Origin: Macrostomum lignano
Lineage: Eukaryota
DNA: 64,000 nucleotides
Reading direction: 5' to 3'
NCBI GenBank assembly: GCA_002269645.1
Contig: NIVC01000436.1
Coordinates: forward strand, 124,001 to 188,000
Positions 1 to 11,924 of this stretch are shown here, piece after piece. How positions within the stretch are numbered: position 1 is the stretch's first letter; each line of letters opens with the position of its first letter. The notes under the pieces are model-generated. The model did not search any database. It saw only the letters and a list, made by a program, of their open reading frames with translations, and was not told the origin of the DNA. The translations under genes and the position numbers were made by a program.

Positions 1-102
1 TGATTTATTGGGATCTAATATCGGGAGGGTGCGCCTGCGGCGCTTGGCGCCACGCGCCTGCGGCGCGCGCGCGCCGAGCGCCGATATCGATACGGGTATC
101 GA

Positions 103-447
103 TCACCTAGTGATCGGGGCGCCAGCCAATGAGAGGCGAGGAGGGTTGACACCCACCCCACCTCCAAAATCAAGCCATTCGGAATCCCTTAGTAGTTTCG
201 AACCCGTCGACCGTTGATCAAACGGCAGCTCTTCTAAGAAATTCGATGCGGATGCTGATTCGCTGTCGGCTACGCTGGCAACGACAACTAATGTGACAAT
301 GCCGGCAACCACTAGCATAACTAGTATCAGAACTTTTATCACACTCAAACTATCGAGTCGGCCTGATCGGCTTCTTGAACCCTGCTGCTCAGACTCGTGT
401 TGATCCAGCTGGTACCGGTGCATTGCTGCTGCTGCATGCAAATGCAA
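103..447 (-). CDS. Possible first exon or short ORF of a type II single-pass membrane protein
   Basis: Non-repetitive 114-aa ORF with a charged N-terminus (RSRSGR) followed by one ~23-aa hydrophobic stretch (VIKVLILVMLVVAGIVTLVVVAS). It ends at a stop that overlaps a weak possible donor (AG|GTGATC). No family recognised. Confidence 0.35.
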   Translation of the reverse strand: MHLHAAAAMHRYQLDQHESEQQGSRSRSGRLDSLSVIKVLILVMLVVAGIVTLVVVASVADSESASASNFLEELPFDQRSTGSKLLRDSEWLDFGGGVGVNPPRLSLAGAPITR

Positions 448-579
448 TCTCTATTGTGGCAGCATGTACTGCTGTTGTGCACCCGGAAGTTTCTCACGGA
501 TCTTTTAAAACTAAATCAGTCTGCAATAAATGAGAGCGAAGCTTTGTGGAGTGAGTTGATTCTGAACATTTTCCACTCC

Positions 580-1745
580 TCTTCCTTTCCACCCTATCCT
601 TGCTCCTCTACACCTGTTCCTTTCCTCTATCCCTGTTTCTCTCCTCTACACCTGTTCCTCTCATCTACACCTGTTCCTTTTCTCTACCCCTGTTCCTCTC
701 CTCTACACATGTTTCTCTCCTCTACACCTGTTCCTCTCCTCTACACCTGTTCCTTTTCTCTACCCCTGTTCCTTTTCTCTACCCCTGTTTCTCTCCTCTA
801 CACCTGTTCCTCTCCTCTACCCCCGTTTCTCTCCTCTACACCTGTTTCTCTCCTCTACACCTGTTCCTTTTCTCTACCCCTGTTCCTCTGCTCTGCCCCT
901 GTTCCTTTTCTCTACCCCTGTTTCTCTCCTCTACACCTGTTCCTCTCCTCTACACCTGTTCCTCTTCTCTACACCTGTTTCTCTCTTCTACCTCTCTTTT
1001 TTTCTATCCCTTTACCTCTCCTCTACGCCTCTTTCCTATACTCCTGTTCCTTTTTCTCTATCCTTGTTCTTTTTCTCTACCCCTGTTCCTCTCCTCTACA
1101 CCTGTTCCTTTCCTCTATCCCTGTTTCTCTCCTCTACACCTGTTCCTCTCCTCTACACCTGTTCCTCTCCTCTACCCCTGTTTCTCTCCTCTACACCTGT
1201 TTCTCTTCTCTACACCTGTTCCTCTGCTCTACCCCTGTTTCTCTCCTCTACACCTGTTCCTTTTCTCTACCCCTGTTCCTCTGCTCTACCCCTGTTCCTT
1301 TTCTCTACCCCTGTTTCTCTCCTCTACACCTGTTCCTTTTCTCTACCCCTGTTCCTATGCTCTACCCCTGTTCCTTTTCTCTACCCCTGTTCCTTTTCTC
1401 TACCCCTGTTCCTCTGCTCTGCCCCTGTTCCTTTTCTCTACCCCTGTTCCTCTCCTCTACACCTGCACCTGTTCCTTTCCTTTCCACCCCCTGTTCCTCT
1501 CCTCTACACCTGTTCCTTTTCTCTACCCCTGTTTCTCTCCTCTCCTCTACACCTGTTCCTTTTCTCTACCCCTGTTCCTCTGCTCTACCCCTGTTCCTCT
1601 GCTCTACCCCTGTTCCTTTTCTCTACCCCTGTTCCTCTGCTCTACCCCTGTTTCTCTTCTCTACCCCTGTTCCTCACTTATACCTATCTTCTCCCCTCCA
1701 CTCCTGTTCCTCTCCTTTACCGCTCTTTTTTCTTTCTTTCCTCTA
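580..1745. repeat. Pyrimidine-rich degenerate minisatellite (CTCTACACCTGTTCCT-like units)
   Basis: Recurring ctctac(a/c)cctgtt(c/t)ct units; the source of the three low-complexity ORFs here. Confidence 0.9.
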
Positions 1746-2801
1746 CCGCTAGCTACTATTCTCCTCATTTCTTTCTCCCCAGTAATCTATTACCTTTTGG
1801 TAGGAAAACTTGAACAATCATTTGCATTTTTAAGCAACATCAAATAAAACGCAGAAAAAATCTAATAAGATTTTATAACGAAATGTAATCTCTCTAGTGC
1901 TTTTTTATATTCGGAAACTTTAGCACAGCTGAATTGTGTTCTGATGCTTTAAAATCAAAACGAATAGCGGAACCTGAGGATATTAAACTGCAGGCAACAA
2001 AAATACATATTAAGATGGGTTAGAAAAGGTTGAATAGTGCTGTTTTCCTTGTTAATAATAATCTATTATATGTATTGCAATGACAAGTAGTTAATGACTT
2101 AAAGCAAGGTAAATGGAACTTCCAAAAGTGACGAGTATTTTCTGTAAGATAGACTATAAAACGCAATCAAGCTGTCTATTGTGATAAGGTTAGAATTGAG
2201 ATTCTAAAAATCAGGAAACTAATAGTTGTTCAACAACAGCAATTTTTTTCCAAAATTTAACTGAAATCAGTGTTCTATCTCACAGATGTGTCCCAACAAC
2301 TCATAAACTAAACATTCCGAAGTTAGCAGAATGCTAGCAAAACAACTTCGTCTTTATTTTTCTTTCAAAATTTTTCTGGCTTTTGAGCGCACACATAAGG
2401 TACAAAACGCTGAAAAGCGAAAACAGAGATCAAAACATACAAATTATTTAAAGAGCTGTTTTAAGATAAAAGTACATTGCCAGCCTAGTCAAAGACACCA
2501 TAAACTTGGCGGCCACATGTCATTTTTTTAAATATAGAAATTGACTAAACACTTATTGAATAAAAGCTCTGGCGTTAGATTTGAAATTATTGGATACCTT
2601 TGGTACGCCGAAGCATCCAAAAATTAGAAAGCACAGCCGCTGTCAGCTGTGCCACAGCGCACAATAAAGAATTTATAAGCGATGAAGCACTACTAACTAG
2701 AGGGAGGCCGATGTCAAGCCAATAATAATTAAGAGGGCCATGGGAGGGAAGTACATGAAGGGATTGTTGTCGTTATATTTTCGAAATTAAAATTTAATTT
2801 A

Positions 2802-3612
2802 AAAATCGATATTTTCGTCGATCCCACTCACTACACGCTCGGACACCAATAAAGCGTGGCAAGCCTACACCGTTAATTTAAAGTCAGTCTGGCTATGGCA
2901 ATGGGGTGGTGGTTTTTGGGCCGACAGGAAAATCGATATTTTCGACCCCACTCACTCTACACACTCGGACACCAATAAAGCGTGGCAAGCCTACACGTTA
3001 ATTTAAAGTCAGTCAGGCTATGGCAATGGGGTGGTGGTTTTTGGGCCGACAGGAAAATCGATATTTTCTACCCCAACTCACTCTACACACTCGGACACCA
3101 ATAAAGCGTGGCAAGCCTACACGTTAATTTAAAGTCAGTCGGGCTATGGCAATGGGGTGGTGGTTTTTGGGCCGACAGGAAAATCGATATTTTCTACCCC
3201 ACTCACTCTACACACTCGGACACCAATAAAGCGTGGCAAGCCTACACGTTAATTTAAAGTCAGTCGGGCTATGGCAATGGGGTGGTGGTTTTTGGGCCGA
3301 CAGGAAAATCGATATTTTCTACCCCACTCACTCTACACACTCGGACACCAATAAAGCGTGGCAAGCCTACACGTTAATTTAAAGTCAGTCGGGCTATGGC
3401 AATGGGGTGGTGGTTTTTGGGCCGACAGGAAAATCGATATTTTCTACCCCACTCACTCTACACACTCGGACACCAATAAAGCGTGGAAAGCCTACACGTT
3501 AATTTAAAGTCAGTCGGGCTATGGCAATGGGGTGGTGGTTTTTGGGCCGACAGGAAAATTGATATTTTCTACCCCACTCACTCCACACGCTCGGACGCTA
3601 ATAAAGCGTGGC
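2802..3612. repeat. 125-bp tandem satellite, about 6.5 copies
   Basis: The anchor AAAAT(C/T)GAT recurs at 2802, 2929, 3054, 3180, 3305, 3430 and 3555. Units are near-identical with no unique spacers. Confidence 0.95.
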
Positions 3613-4129
3613 TTTTGTGGTTTTTGTGCCCCGCTGTCCGGGAACACTTAAGTTTATCAACGAAGCCGTAAATCAACGAAAGAAACGAAATTTCCAATTG
3701 GCGCAATATTGCCGCACTATAATATACTATCTATGTACTATTTGATACGCAAACGGACGAATGCTAAATTGAGCACAATTGAAAACAAGTATAAATTTCT
3801 GTTTTAAGAGATTAAGAATATAAACGATATTAAGCAAAAACAGATAAATACTATAGACAATACGACAGGAAAAATAAACATTTGCGAGATTTTACGAGTG
3901 TAGTTACTGATTGCAACTACCAGCTGTCTCGTCTTATATATTATTACTATATCAAAGCCAATTAATCTGACTTATCCGATTTGTTTATATATATACTGAC
4001 AGGTTACGCAGAGATTCTGTTAGGAAAATTTAATCAAAAACTAGACAAAGAAAAAATCCAGAAAAAAGCACGCAAAAATATTAACGACCGCGCCCTCCAT
4101 TGGCATAAAAATGTTGCTTCAAAAGCAAA

Positions 4130-4474
4130 TTATTTGTGAATTTGATCTTCGATGTGCAGAGGCAGGGTCGACTGGATACCGGCGCACACGCATAGCAGGC
4201 CGCCAACCAGAATGAAAACCAGATTGTAATCCAAAGGGTAGGGAAGGCCCTGGTTGAAGGTGAACTGCAGCAGGCTGGTGCCGACGCTGATGCCGATTAT
4301 GCTGTTGGTTTTATTGGGGGGACGAGGGCCGGTTTACAAAACATTGGCCGTAGTTGGCACAGAAGTAGGACTGATAGGTCGATCCTAAACAGACAGACAG
4401 ACAGCCAGACACACACAAAGACAGACAGACAGACAGGCAGGCAGGCAGGCAGACAGACAGACAGACAGACAGAC

Positions 4475-4509
<35 letters not shown>

Positions 4510-4556
4510 GCCAGACACACACAAAGACAGACAGACAGGCAGGCAGGCAGGCAGGC

Positions 4557-4599
<43 letters not shown>

Positions 4600-4612
4600 G
4601 AGACAGACGGAC

Positions 4613-4649
<37 letters not shown>

Positions 4650-5777
4650 GGCAGGCAGGCACAGACAGACAGACAGACAGAGACAGACAGACAGACAGAC
4701 AGATAGACAGACAGACAGACAGACAGACACACAGACAGACAGACAGACAGACAGACGGACAGATAGACAGACAGACAGACAAACAGACACACAGACAGAC
4801 AGGCAGGCACACAGACACACAGACAGACAGACACACAGACAGACGCAGACACACAGACAGACAGACACACAGACAGACGCAGACACACAGTCAGACAGAT
4901 AGACAAACAGACAGAAACTAGGTAAGTAGCGCACACACCGCACACAACTATCACTGGAACACCCGGCAGGCCAGACACACAGCATGCTCACCGAGACACA
5001 TTAGAGAAGACAATTCCAACTCCGTTGGCGGTTCCGGCAGTGCTGGCAGACACGGAATTATTCAGCAGAACGCTGACGGTAGTGAAGCACCAGAATAGGC
5101 AGATATTCTTCACGGTGAGCAAAGTGCCGATGCCAAAGATACACGGCGTGATGTTGCTGGAGCGGCAGCCGAACAGCACGGACAGGGGGAAGCAGGTGAC
5201 GGCCACTACGCCAATTAGCAGGCCGATCATGTGCATCTGGGAGAGAACGATTGGTCAGTTATGTTGCTCAAAGTTTAGCAATGATAACAAAAGAATAAAG
5301 CGTTTTTAATACGAATCCAACATTACTAAGTCCACCTAAACTATATTCAGTAGTAGCATAGGAATATAAATTTTCTATAAGCAATCAAGGCAAAATTCTT
5401 TTACAATTTAAAACTTTTACCACTTGAAACGTGGCCGTTAGGTATTAGTAATTTGTCTGTGCTTGCCTGTCCGCCTGTCTGACTTACAGACTAAGTAGCA
5501 TCTGTCTGTCTTTCTGTCTCTGTCTATCTGTCTTCTGTCAGTTGGCCTTGGTGTCTGTCTGTTTGTCTGCCTTCGTTTGTCTTTCTGTTTGTCTGCCTTA
5601 ATGTCTGTCTGTCTGTTTGTCTGCCTTAATGTCTGTCTGTCTGTTTGTCTGCCTTCGTTTGTCTTTCTGTTTGTCTGCCTTAATGTCTGTCTGTCTGTTT
5701 GTCTGCCTTAATGTCTGTCTATCTGTTTGTTTGTCTACCGGTCTGTCTGTCTGTCTGTTTCTTTGTCTGCCTTAGTG

Positions 5778-5836
<59 letters not shown>

Positions 5837-8800
5837 ATGTCTGTCTGTCTGTATGTTCGTCTGTCTGTATGTCTGTCTGTCTGTCTGTCTGTATGTTCGT
5901 CTGTCTGTTTGTCTGTCTTAGTGTCTGCCTTAATATTTGTCTGTCTGTCTGCTGCAGTATTCCACCAGCATTCTAGGACGCAAGGGTGTTAAGAAAACGT
6001 AACTATATAATTAAGAGACGCCCACCAAAACAGGCAATGCAATCAGTCTGGCTACATCTGAAAACTGCAACTTACTGCAAAGCTGCAGTAAAAAATAACG
6101 TAGATGCGTACAGGTGAGAGCTTATTATCTCATTATTTTGAGGAAAAAAAAGATCTGCGGACTGATAAGATCAGCGGATTGTAAAAAAATGTACAAGGGT
6201 AATCGGCTTTCTTCTGGAGCGATTAAATTAAACGAAATAAATGAATTCTTATTCGGAAATTGAAACACAAACGATCATCGCGATCAAAGCCTGCGCATCA
6301 AGATTGAAATGAATTCTTTGAAAAATAGATTTTTAAGCTAAAATTTAAATTTAATTATTTAAATTAATATCTTAATATCTTAATAAATTAATAAGATAGC
6401 GGCGATTTTCTAAGAAACGAACAATCGATTTTCTAAGAAAGAGGCGAGTTTCTAGGAAACTAATGAGAGATTTTTAATTTTAAATGGCGGTTTTCTATAA
6501 GACTGAAACCGATTTTCTGAGAGCCTGGGGGGGGCTTTTCTAAGAAATCAGGAAAGATTTTTCAAGAAGCCGTGGGGCGATTTTCTCAGAAATCGAGAGA
6601 CGATTTTACAAGAAATCAAGGGGCGACTCTTTAAGAAGCCAAGGGGCGATTTAACAAAAAATTTGAGGGTCGATTTTCTAAGAAATCAAAAGGCATTTGT
6701 TAGAATTTTTATGGCAAAGTTAAAGTTACAAGTATACCGGTATGCGTTTTATTAAAAAACTATTTTTAAAAAAGCATGGCTCTCCAAACAAAAACAGAAC
6801 TCACCCTCATTGGGCCCAGTATCTTGCTCAGAGGCGGCAGCAAGGCGATAAATGGCATCAAAGCCACCAGCGCCATAATGTTAATAAGGCCGAGGTGTTT
6901 AGACTGCAGCGCCAACCCGGCGGCCCTGTCCAATGCAAACACGCTCACGCATTCGTCAAACATAACCGTGCCCGAGCACGTCACGGTGTACACGAATAGT
7001 ACAACTTTAAATAGAGGGTAGTCTGAGAATAGCCTTCGTCCAACGGTTGCTAAGCGACGCACCAACGATAGAAAAGCTGTACAAGCGCCCAAATTAGATT
7101 TACTCGAAGTTTTGAGGCGTTTATTGCTACTAAGAGTAGTTTTAGCGACTACAATAGCATCTGAATCGTTATTATCTCCATCCAGATTGGCGCAGAATTC
7201 GACAATTGGTTGTTCAGCCAATGCGGCAACGCTGTGACTCAGCGCTGCAATAGCGCTAATAGCTCCCAGTGCCGAATTATTTTCCACTGTTAATTTTCCG
7301 TTACTATCGACGCCATCGGTTGCTAGGTGATGCTGCGATCTGGATAGCCGGTTGCCAAGGACGCTATCGTCGTTGTTGCTATGGCGACAATGATGCCGAC
7401 AGTGACGACTATTGATACGATCGGCCGAACGAAACAGCAGCATGCTGGCTCGCTCTTCTCCTGTTGGTTGCCATGACAACCGACAGGATGATTTGGAAGA
7501 TTGGTCGGCGCAACGTTCTTCGTTGGCGTTGTTGGTCCCGCGACAGCAGTCTTTGTCGTGGTTAGCGTCCTTGGCTGCTAATTCCAGCTGTTGGAGTGTT
7601 TGAAATCTAATTACATTTACAGTTGTTTTTAGGTAGAAGTAATTGGGACGATTCCTTAAGGTAATTAGGAGTGATTTCTTAAGGAAATCAGGGGCGATTT
7701 CTTAAAGTAATTAGGGGCGATTTCTCAAGGTTATGAGGGGCGATTTCTCAAGGTAATTAAGGGCGATTTCTTAAAAAAATTAAGAGCGATTTCTCAAGGA
7801 ATTTAAGGGTGATTTCTCAAAGTAATTAAGAGCAATTTTTTCTCAAGGTAATCAGGAGTGACTTCTTAAGGTAATAAGGGGTGATTTCTCAAGGAAATCG
7901 GGGGCTATTTCTCAAGGTAATTTGGGGAGATTTTTCAAGGTAATTAGAGGCGACTTTTTAAGGTAATTAGGGGCGATTTTTCAAGGAAATTAGGGGCGTT
8001 TTCTCAAGACAATTCCTAGATAACTTCACTAACAAAAGAATGCTATTAAAAGCAGTTAATAGCAGTAATGAGCTCACAGTGACAGCTGCGGCAGAGTCGG
8101 GTTGCTTGGTCTCTTGCAGGAAAGCATAGCACAGCAGCAGAACAATCAGACAATAAGCGCAATAAACTAACGAAGGCAGGGCAAACGGGAATTTCCTAAC
8201 TAACGCCATCTCCGGAAAAGTGTCGCCAAACTGATTGTAGGGATCGGACAAGAAGGCGCCCATATTGGCGGCCAGAATAACGCCGAAAACGAAGCCAAAG
8301 TTGACGACAGACATGGCCATGACCTGCGGTATTATTGAATGGAAGACAAGTCAATTGTAAAATCCCAATAATATCGATAGGGCCATAAGCAAGGCAAGAC
8401 ATATCAAAAGATGAGCATTGTGTCTGCCTGATATCAAAAGAAATTACGAGTTTCGTGCCGAAAAAATAGAAACCTCCTATCCCCGCAGTATATTGTTCGG
8501 TAAAACCTGCCTCCTAAAACTTTCCAAGAAGTTCTGTTCTTCTACTTGAGTAGTCCTTCTAATAAAATTATTATTTATATTATATTATTATTATTATTAT
8601 ATAAATACTATATATAAGTACTTATACATATAAGTATAATTTTAATTATAGTACATATAGTACATACTTACATATTACATAAGCTTGTCCACAAAGTACA
8701 TATATATACATATACATATACACTTATATCAAAGTATTATTATTATTATTATTAATTATTTTCAACAGTAGTTAACATACATTCCTAAACCCTGGGCTGG

Positions 8801-10702
8801 CCAAGATAAGTCGCAAAAACGCCGACACGACAAAATACAGACGTAGTACTAATTAGACGACGAGGCATTTCGCCTTACTAATACAGTTATAGTTACTCCT
8901 ACCGTTTACCTAAAATTGCGTTAATTTTTGCTTTAGGGTTTCTTTTGAATAGGTAAGTCGCATTTTTGGTCAAAAAGTAAATTTCTAAGTTGAGCATGTA
9001 TGGTTGAAGTCTTAAAGAAATGAGTCACCTGATTTTCCTTGTTAGAAATCTCGTACACAACAGTCTTGCTTAGCGGGATAACAGCAGAAGTGGCGCCAAT
9101 TAGTAGGCGCGCTGCCAATGCGGCGCCAAAATTAGGCGCCAGACCGAACAACAAATTGCACGGAATTGAACAGGCCAAATTGATCAATATGACAGCTCGT
9201 CGACCTTTTGTGTCGGACAGAGAGCTCCAGAAGATGGCGCCAAAAATGTTGCCAGCATAGCGACCAGAATTCAGTATGCCAACGTAATACCCGATCTCCT
9301 GGTCGCTGTAGCCGAAATGCTGCGGTGGCGGATGTGAGTGCGTGTGAATTGAGTGATAATAGGAATTTAAAGTTGAGTATTAATTATGAAAAATAACTAC
9401 TCACTTTTCATAGGGAGTGAGCACACACTAATCATGGGAAGTGAGCACACTAATCATGGGAAGTGAGCACACACTAATCATGGGAAGTGAGCACACCAAT
9501 CATGGGAAGTGAGCACACTAATCATGGGAAGTGAGCACACTAATCATGGGAAGTGAGCACACTAATCATGGGAAGTGAGCACACTAATCATGGGAAGTGA
9601 ACACACTAATCATGGGAAGTGAACACACTAATCATGGGAAGCGAGCACACTAATCATGGGAAGTGAACACACTAATCATGGGAAGTGAGCACACACTAAT
9701 CATGGGAAGTGAGCACACTAATCATGGGAAGTGAGCACACTAATCATGGGAAGTGAGCACACTAATCATGGGAAGTGAGCACACTAATCATGGGAAGTGA
9801 ACACACTAATCATGGGAAGTGAGCACACTAATCATGGGAAGTGAGCACACTAATCATGGGAAGTGAACACACTAATCATGGGAAGTGAACACACTAATCA
9901 TGGGAAGTGAGCACACACTAATCATGGGAAGCGAGCACACACTAATCATGGGAAGCGAGCACACTAATCATGGGAAGTGAACACACTAATCATGGGAAGT
10001 GAACACACTAATCATGGGAAGTGAGCACACACTAATCATGGAAAGTGAGCACACACTAATTATGGGAAGCGAGCACACACTAATCATGGGAAGCGAGCAC
10101 ACTAATCATGGGAAGTGAACACACTAATCATGGGAAGTGAACACACTAATCATGGGAAGTGAGCACACAATAATCATGGGAAGTGAGCAGACACTAATCA
10201 TGGGAAGTGAGCACACACTAATCATGGGAAGCGAGCACACTAATCATGGGAAGTGAACACACACTAATCATGGGAAGTGAACACACTAATCATGGGAAGC
10301 GAGCACACTAATCATGGGAAGCGAGCACACTAATCATGGGAAGCGAGCACACTAATCATGGGAAGCGAGCACACTAATCATGGGAAGCGAGCACACTAAT
10401 CATGGGAAGTGACCACACTAATCATGGGAAGCGAGCACACTAATCATGGGAAGTGACCACACTAATCATGGGAAGTAGGCACACTAATCACAGGAAGTGA
10501 GCACACACTAACTAACCTCAATCAAGCGCGGAACAAAGACTTGCGGATACAGCAGTGACGAGGACTCGGCAATCTGAAAATTGAATAATTATTATGCTAA
10601 ATAGGATTTACTGTGGTAATCAAAATTTATTATTAACTTGAAGCCACTTACCGTTGCCAGCAGCAGAGCAATAATAACCAGCCATCTCTCTCTTGCTTCC
10701 AT
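4130..10702 (-). CDS. Major facilitator superfamily transporter (resembles ZIFL/YCR023C-type DHA1), about 642 aa, 7 exons
   Basis: Exons (minus strand): 10702-10652 ([17 protein letters not shown]), 10573-10517 ([19 protein letters not shown]), 9319-9029 (MFS motif A: [13 protein letters not shown]; ARLLIG), 8323-8078 (GAFLSDP...KFPFALP), 7587-6805 (long loop plus TMs), 5236-4992, and 4384-4130 ([16 protein letters not shown]...HK*). All introns are GT-AG with matching phases. The last exon is 1 nt short of frame at the G6 run 4316-4321. Confidence 0.85.
4388..4917. repeat. (GACA)n microsatellite in MFS intron 6
   Basis: Direct reading: acagacagac with ggca/caca variants. Confidence 0.95.
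5455..5952. repeat. (TGTC)n microsatellite in MFS intron 5, inverted relative to 4388-4917
   Basis: Direct reading: ctgtctgtct with gcctt inserts. Confidence 0.95.
6395..6700. repeat. Degenerate ~22-bp array (GATTTTCTAAGAAA...GGGGC), MFS intron 5
   Basis: Recurring gattttct(a/c)agaaa and ggggcga. Confidence 0.75.
7645..8010. repeat. ~23-bp array (GATTTCTCAAGGTAATTAGGGGC), MFS intron 4
   Basis: About 15 diverged units; same family and orientation as 6395-6700. Confidence 0.85.
8392..8540. repeat. Dispersed ~150-bp repeat, copy 1 (copy 2 at 11479-11655)
   Basis: AAGGCAAGACATATCAAAAGATGAGCATTGTGTCTGCC...AAAACTTTCCAAGAA...TTCTACTTGAGTAGTCCTT aligns by eye to AAGGCACAACATATCAAAAGATGAACACTGGATCTGCC...AAAACTTTTCTAAGAA...TTCTACTTAAAGTCGTCCTT. 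Confidence 0.75.
9415..10510. repeat. 22/24-bp minisatellite (GGGAAGTGAGCACACTAATCAT), MFS intron 2
   Basis: About 48 near-perfect units, running up to the 5' splice site at 10516. Confidence 0.97.
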
Positions 10703-11267
10703 AATTCTGTTTTTCTGTTTTAGCCAAATACACAGGGTAGTTATAGTTTTGCTTTAATTGCACAAACAAATTTCTTAGATGCCAAAACTTAATGCTTGCC
10801 GCCAATTGGCCTGGTCATTTGTGGGACTGCAAAAAAGCATTTAACTAGAATTAAAAAGCAGTCCATTGATTGAAATCTGAGATTTTGCATTGATAAATAC
10901 AGAGACAGCCCTAAGGCTATGCTTAAGCATATGGAAATCAGTAAAGCAGCTAAAGCTAATATATATATATATATACCAACAGCATACAGACTTCAAAGTA
11001 TGCAGTTAAAACTGAACACTTATAGCAAAGATCATCTTTGACTATTAGAAACTATTCCAAAATAACAATTGACAGAACTAATTATTATTTTATTTAATGC
11101 CTACTCAATATATTTGATGATGGTGGCTCTATATTAAAAAACCTAACTAAAGACAAAAATAGAGTGGATATGGTTATAGAAAATCTAGTTCCTATATAAT
11201 TGTAGTTAGAAAACTTAATAATAATAATAATAATAGGGCCTATTAATATTAATAATAATAATAATAA

Positions 11268-11385
11268 TTGATCACACCTGCCCTAATGGGCAGATTGCAA
11301 CCAACAGCTCAGCTGCAGCTATTTGCGCGACGTGACACATCTGAAGGCTGCATATGGCTGTTTAGTCCAAGGACTGGGGGGTCAC
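11268..11385 (-). mobile_element. 5'-truncated copy (3' tail) of the SINE at 15275-15570
   Basis: ACACCTGCCC...GCAACC.ACAGCTCAGC.GCAGCTATT...CATCTGAAGGCTGC...GGCTGTT.AGTCCAAGGACTGGGGGG matches 15280-15385; adjacent (AAT)n tail. Confidence 0.8.
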
Positions 11386-11478
11386 CACACTGTCTTTAGG
11401 AATTGAGGAATAAAAAATTAACATAGAATCCTAATTTTCTGAACGAAAAGCTTTATAAATATAGATAGAGCAATAAAA

Positions 11479-11655
11479 AAGGCACAACATATCAAAAGAT
11501 GAACACTGGATCTGCCTCCTATCAAACGCAATAACAATTTTTGTGCTGAAAAAATGAAAACTTCCTATCTCCGTAGTGTATTTTTCGGGAAAAAGTGCCT
11601 TCAAAACTTTTCTAAGAAACGAGGTTTCCCGTCTTTCTACTTAAAGTCGTCCTTG
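11479..11655. repeat. Dispersed ~150-bp repeat, copy 2
   Basis: Same orientation as, and visibly homologous to, 8392-8540. Confidence 0.75.
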
Positions 11656-11924
11656 GCTCTTTCTTTAAAAGTTTGCATAAAAAGTTAAATGTAAGTATTT
11701 TTGCTCGTCTTGCAAAAAAATCTTGCTTTAAAAGTATTTGAAAAAAATTTATTACTATTCTAATTCGAACTTTATAAAGCTAATCGTTTCGTTTTGTTAT
11801 AGCTTTAAAAGCGATATTAGCAAAATTTACAATTTTAAAATTACAGATAAGTTTCAGTGCGTGACATGGATCATGCGATGTTGTCTCTAAGCGCAAAAAG
11901 AAAGCTCCATTGATTTAGGAAATA

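Noticed and set aside
30-112. GC-rich direct repeat and an ATCGATAC-GG-GTATCGAT hairpin at the window start
   Set aside because: Could be a transposon end, but it is cut off by the window edge and has no partner terminus.
397-1847. Three overlapping long Pro/Leu/Ser/Cys ORFs
   Set aside because: Translations of a pyrimidine-rich repeat that is open in all three frames because it lacks stop triplets.
2802-3612. Regularly spaced repeat resembling a CRISPR array
   Set aside because: Whole units are identical, there are no unique spacers or cas genes, and the context is eukaryotic.
4297-5992. CLSV-repeat ORFs on both strands
   Set aside because: (GACA)n/(TGTC)n microsatellite translations inside MFS introns.
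10620-10805. 61-aa ORF over MFS exon 1
   Set aside because: Wrong frame; the frame [17 protein letters not shown] joins exon 2 in phase 0.
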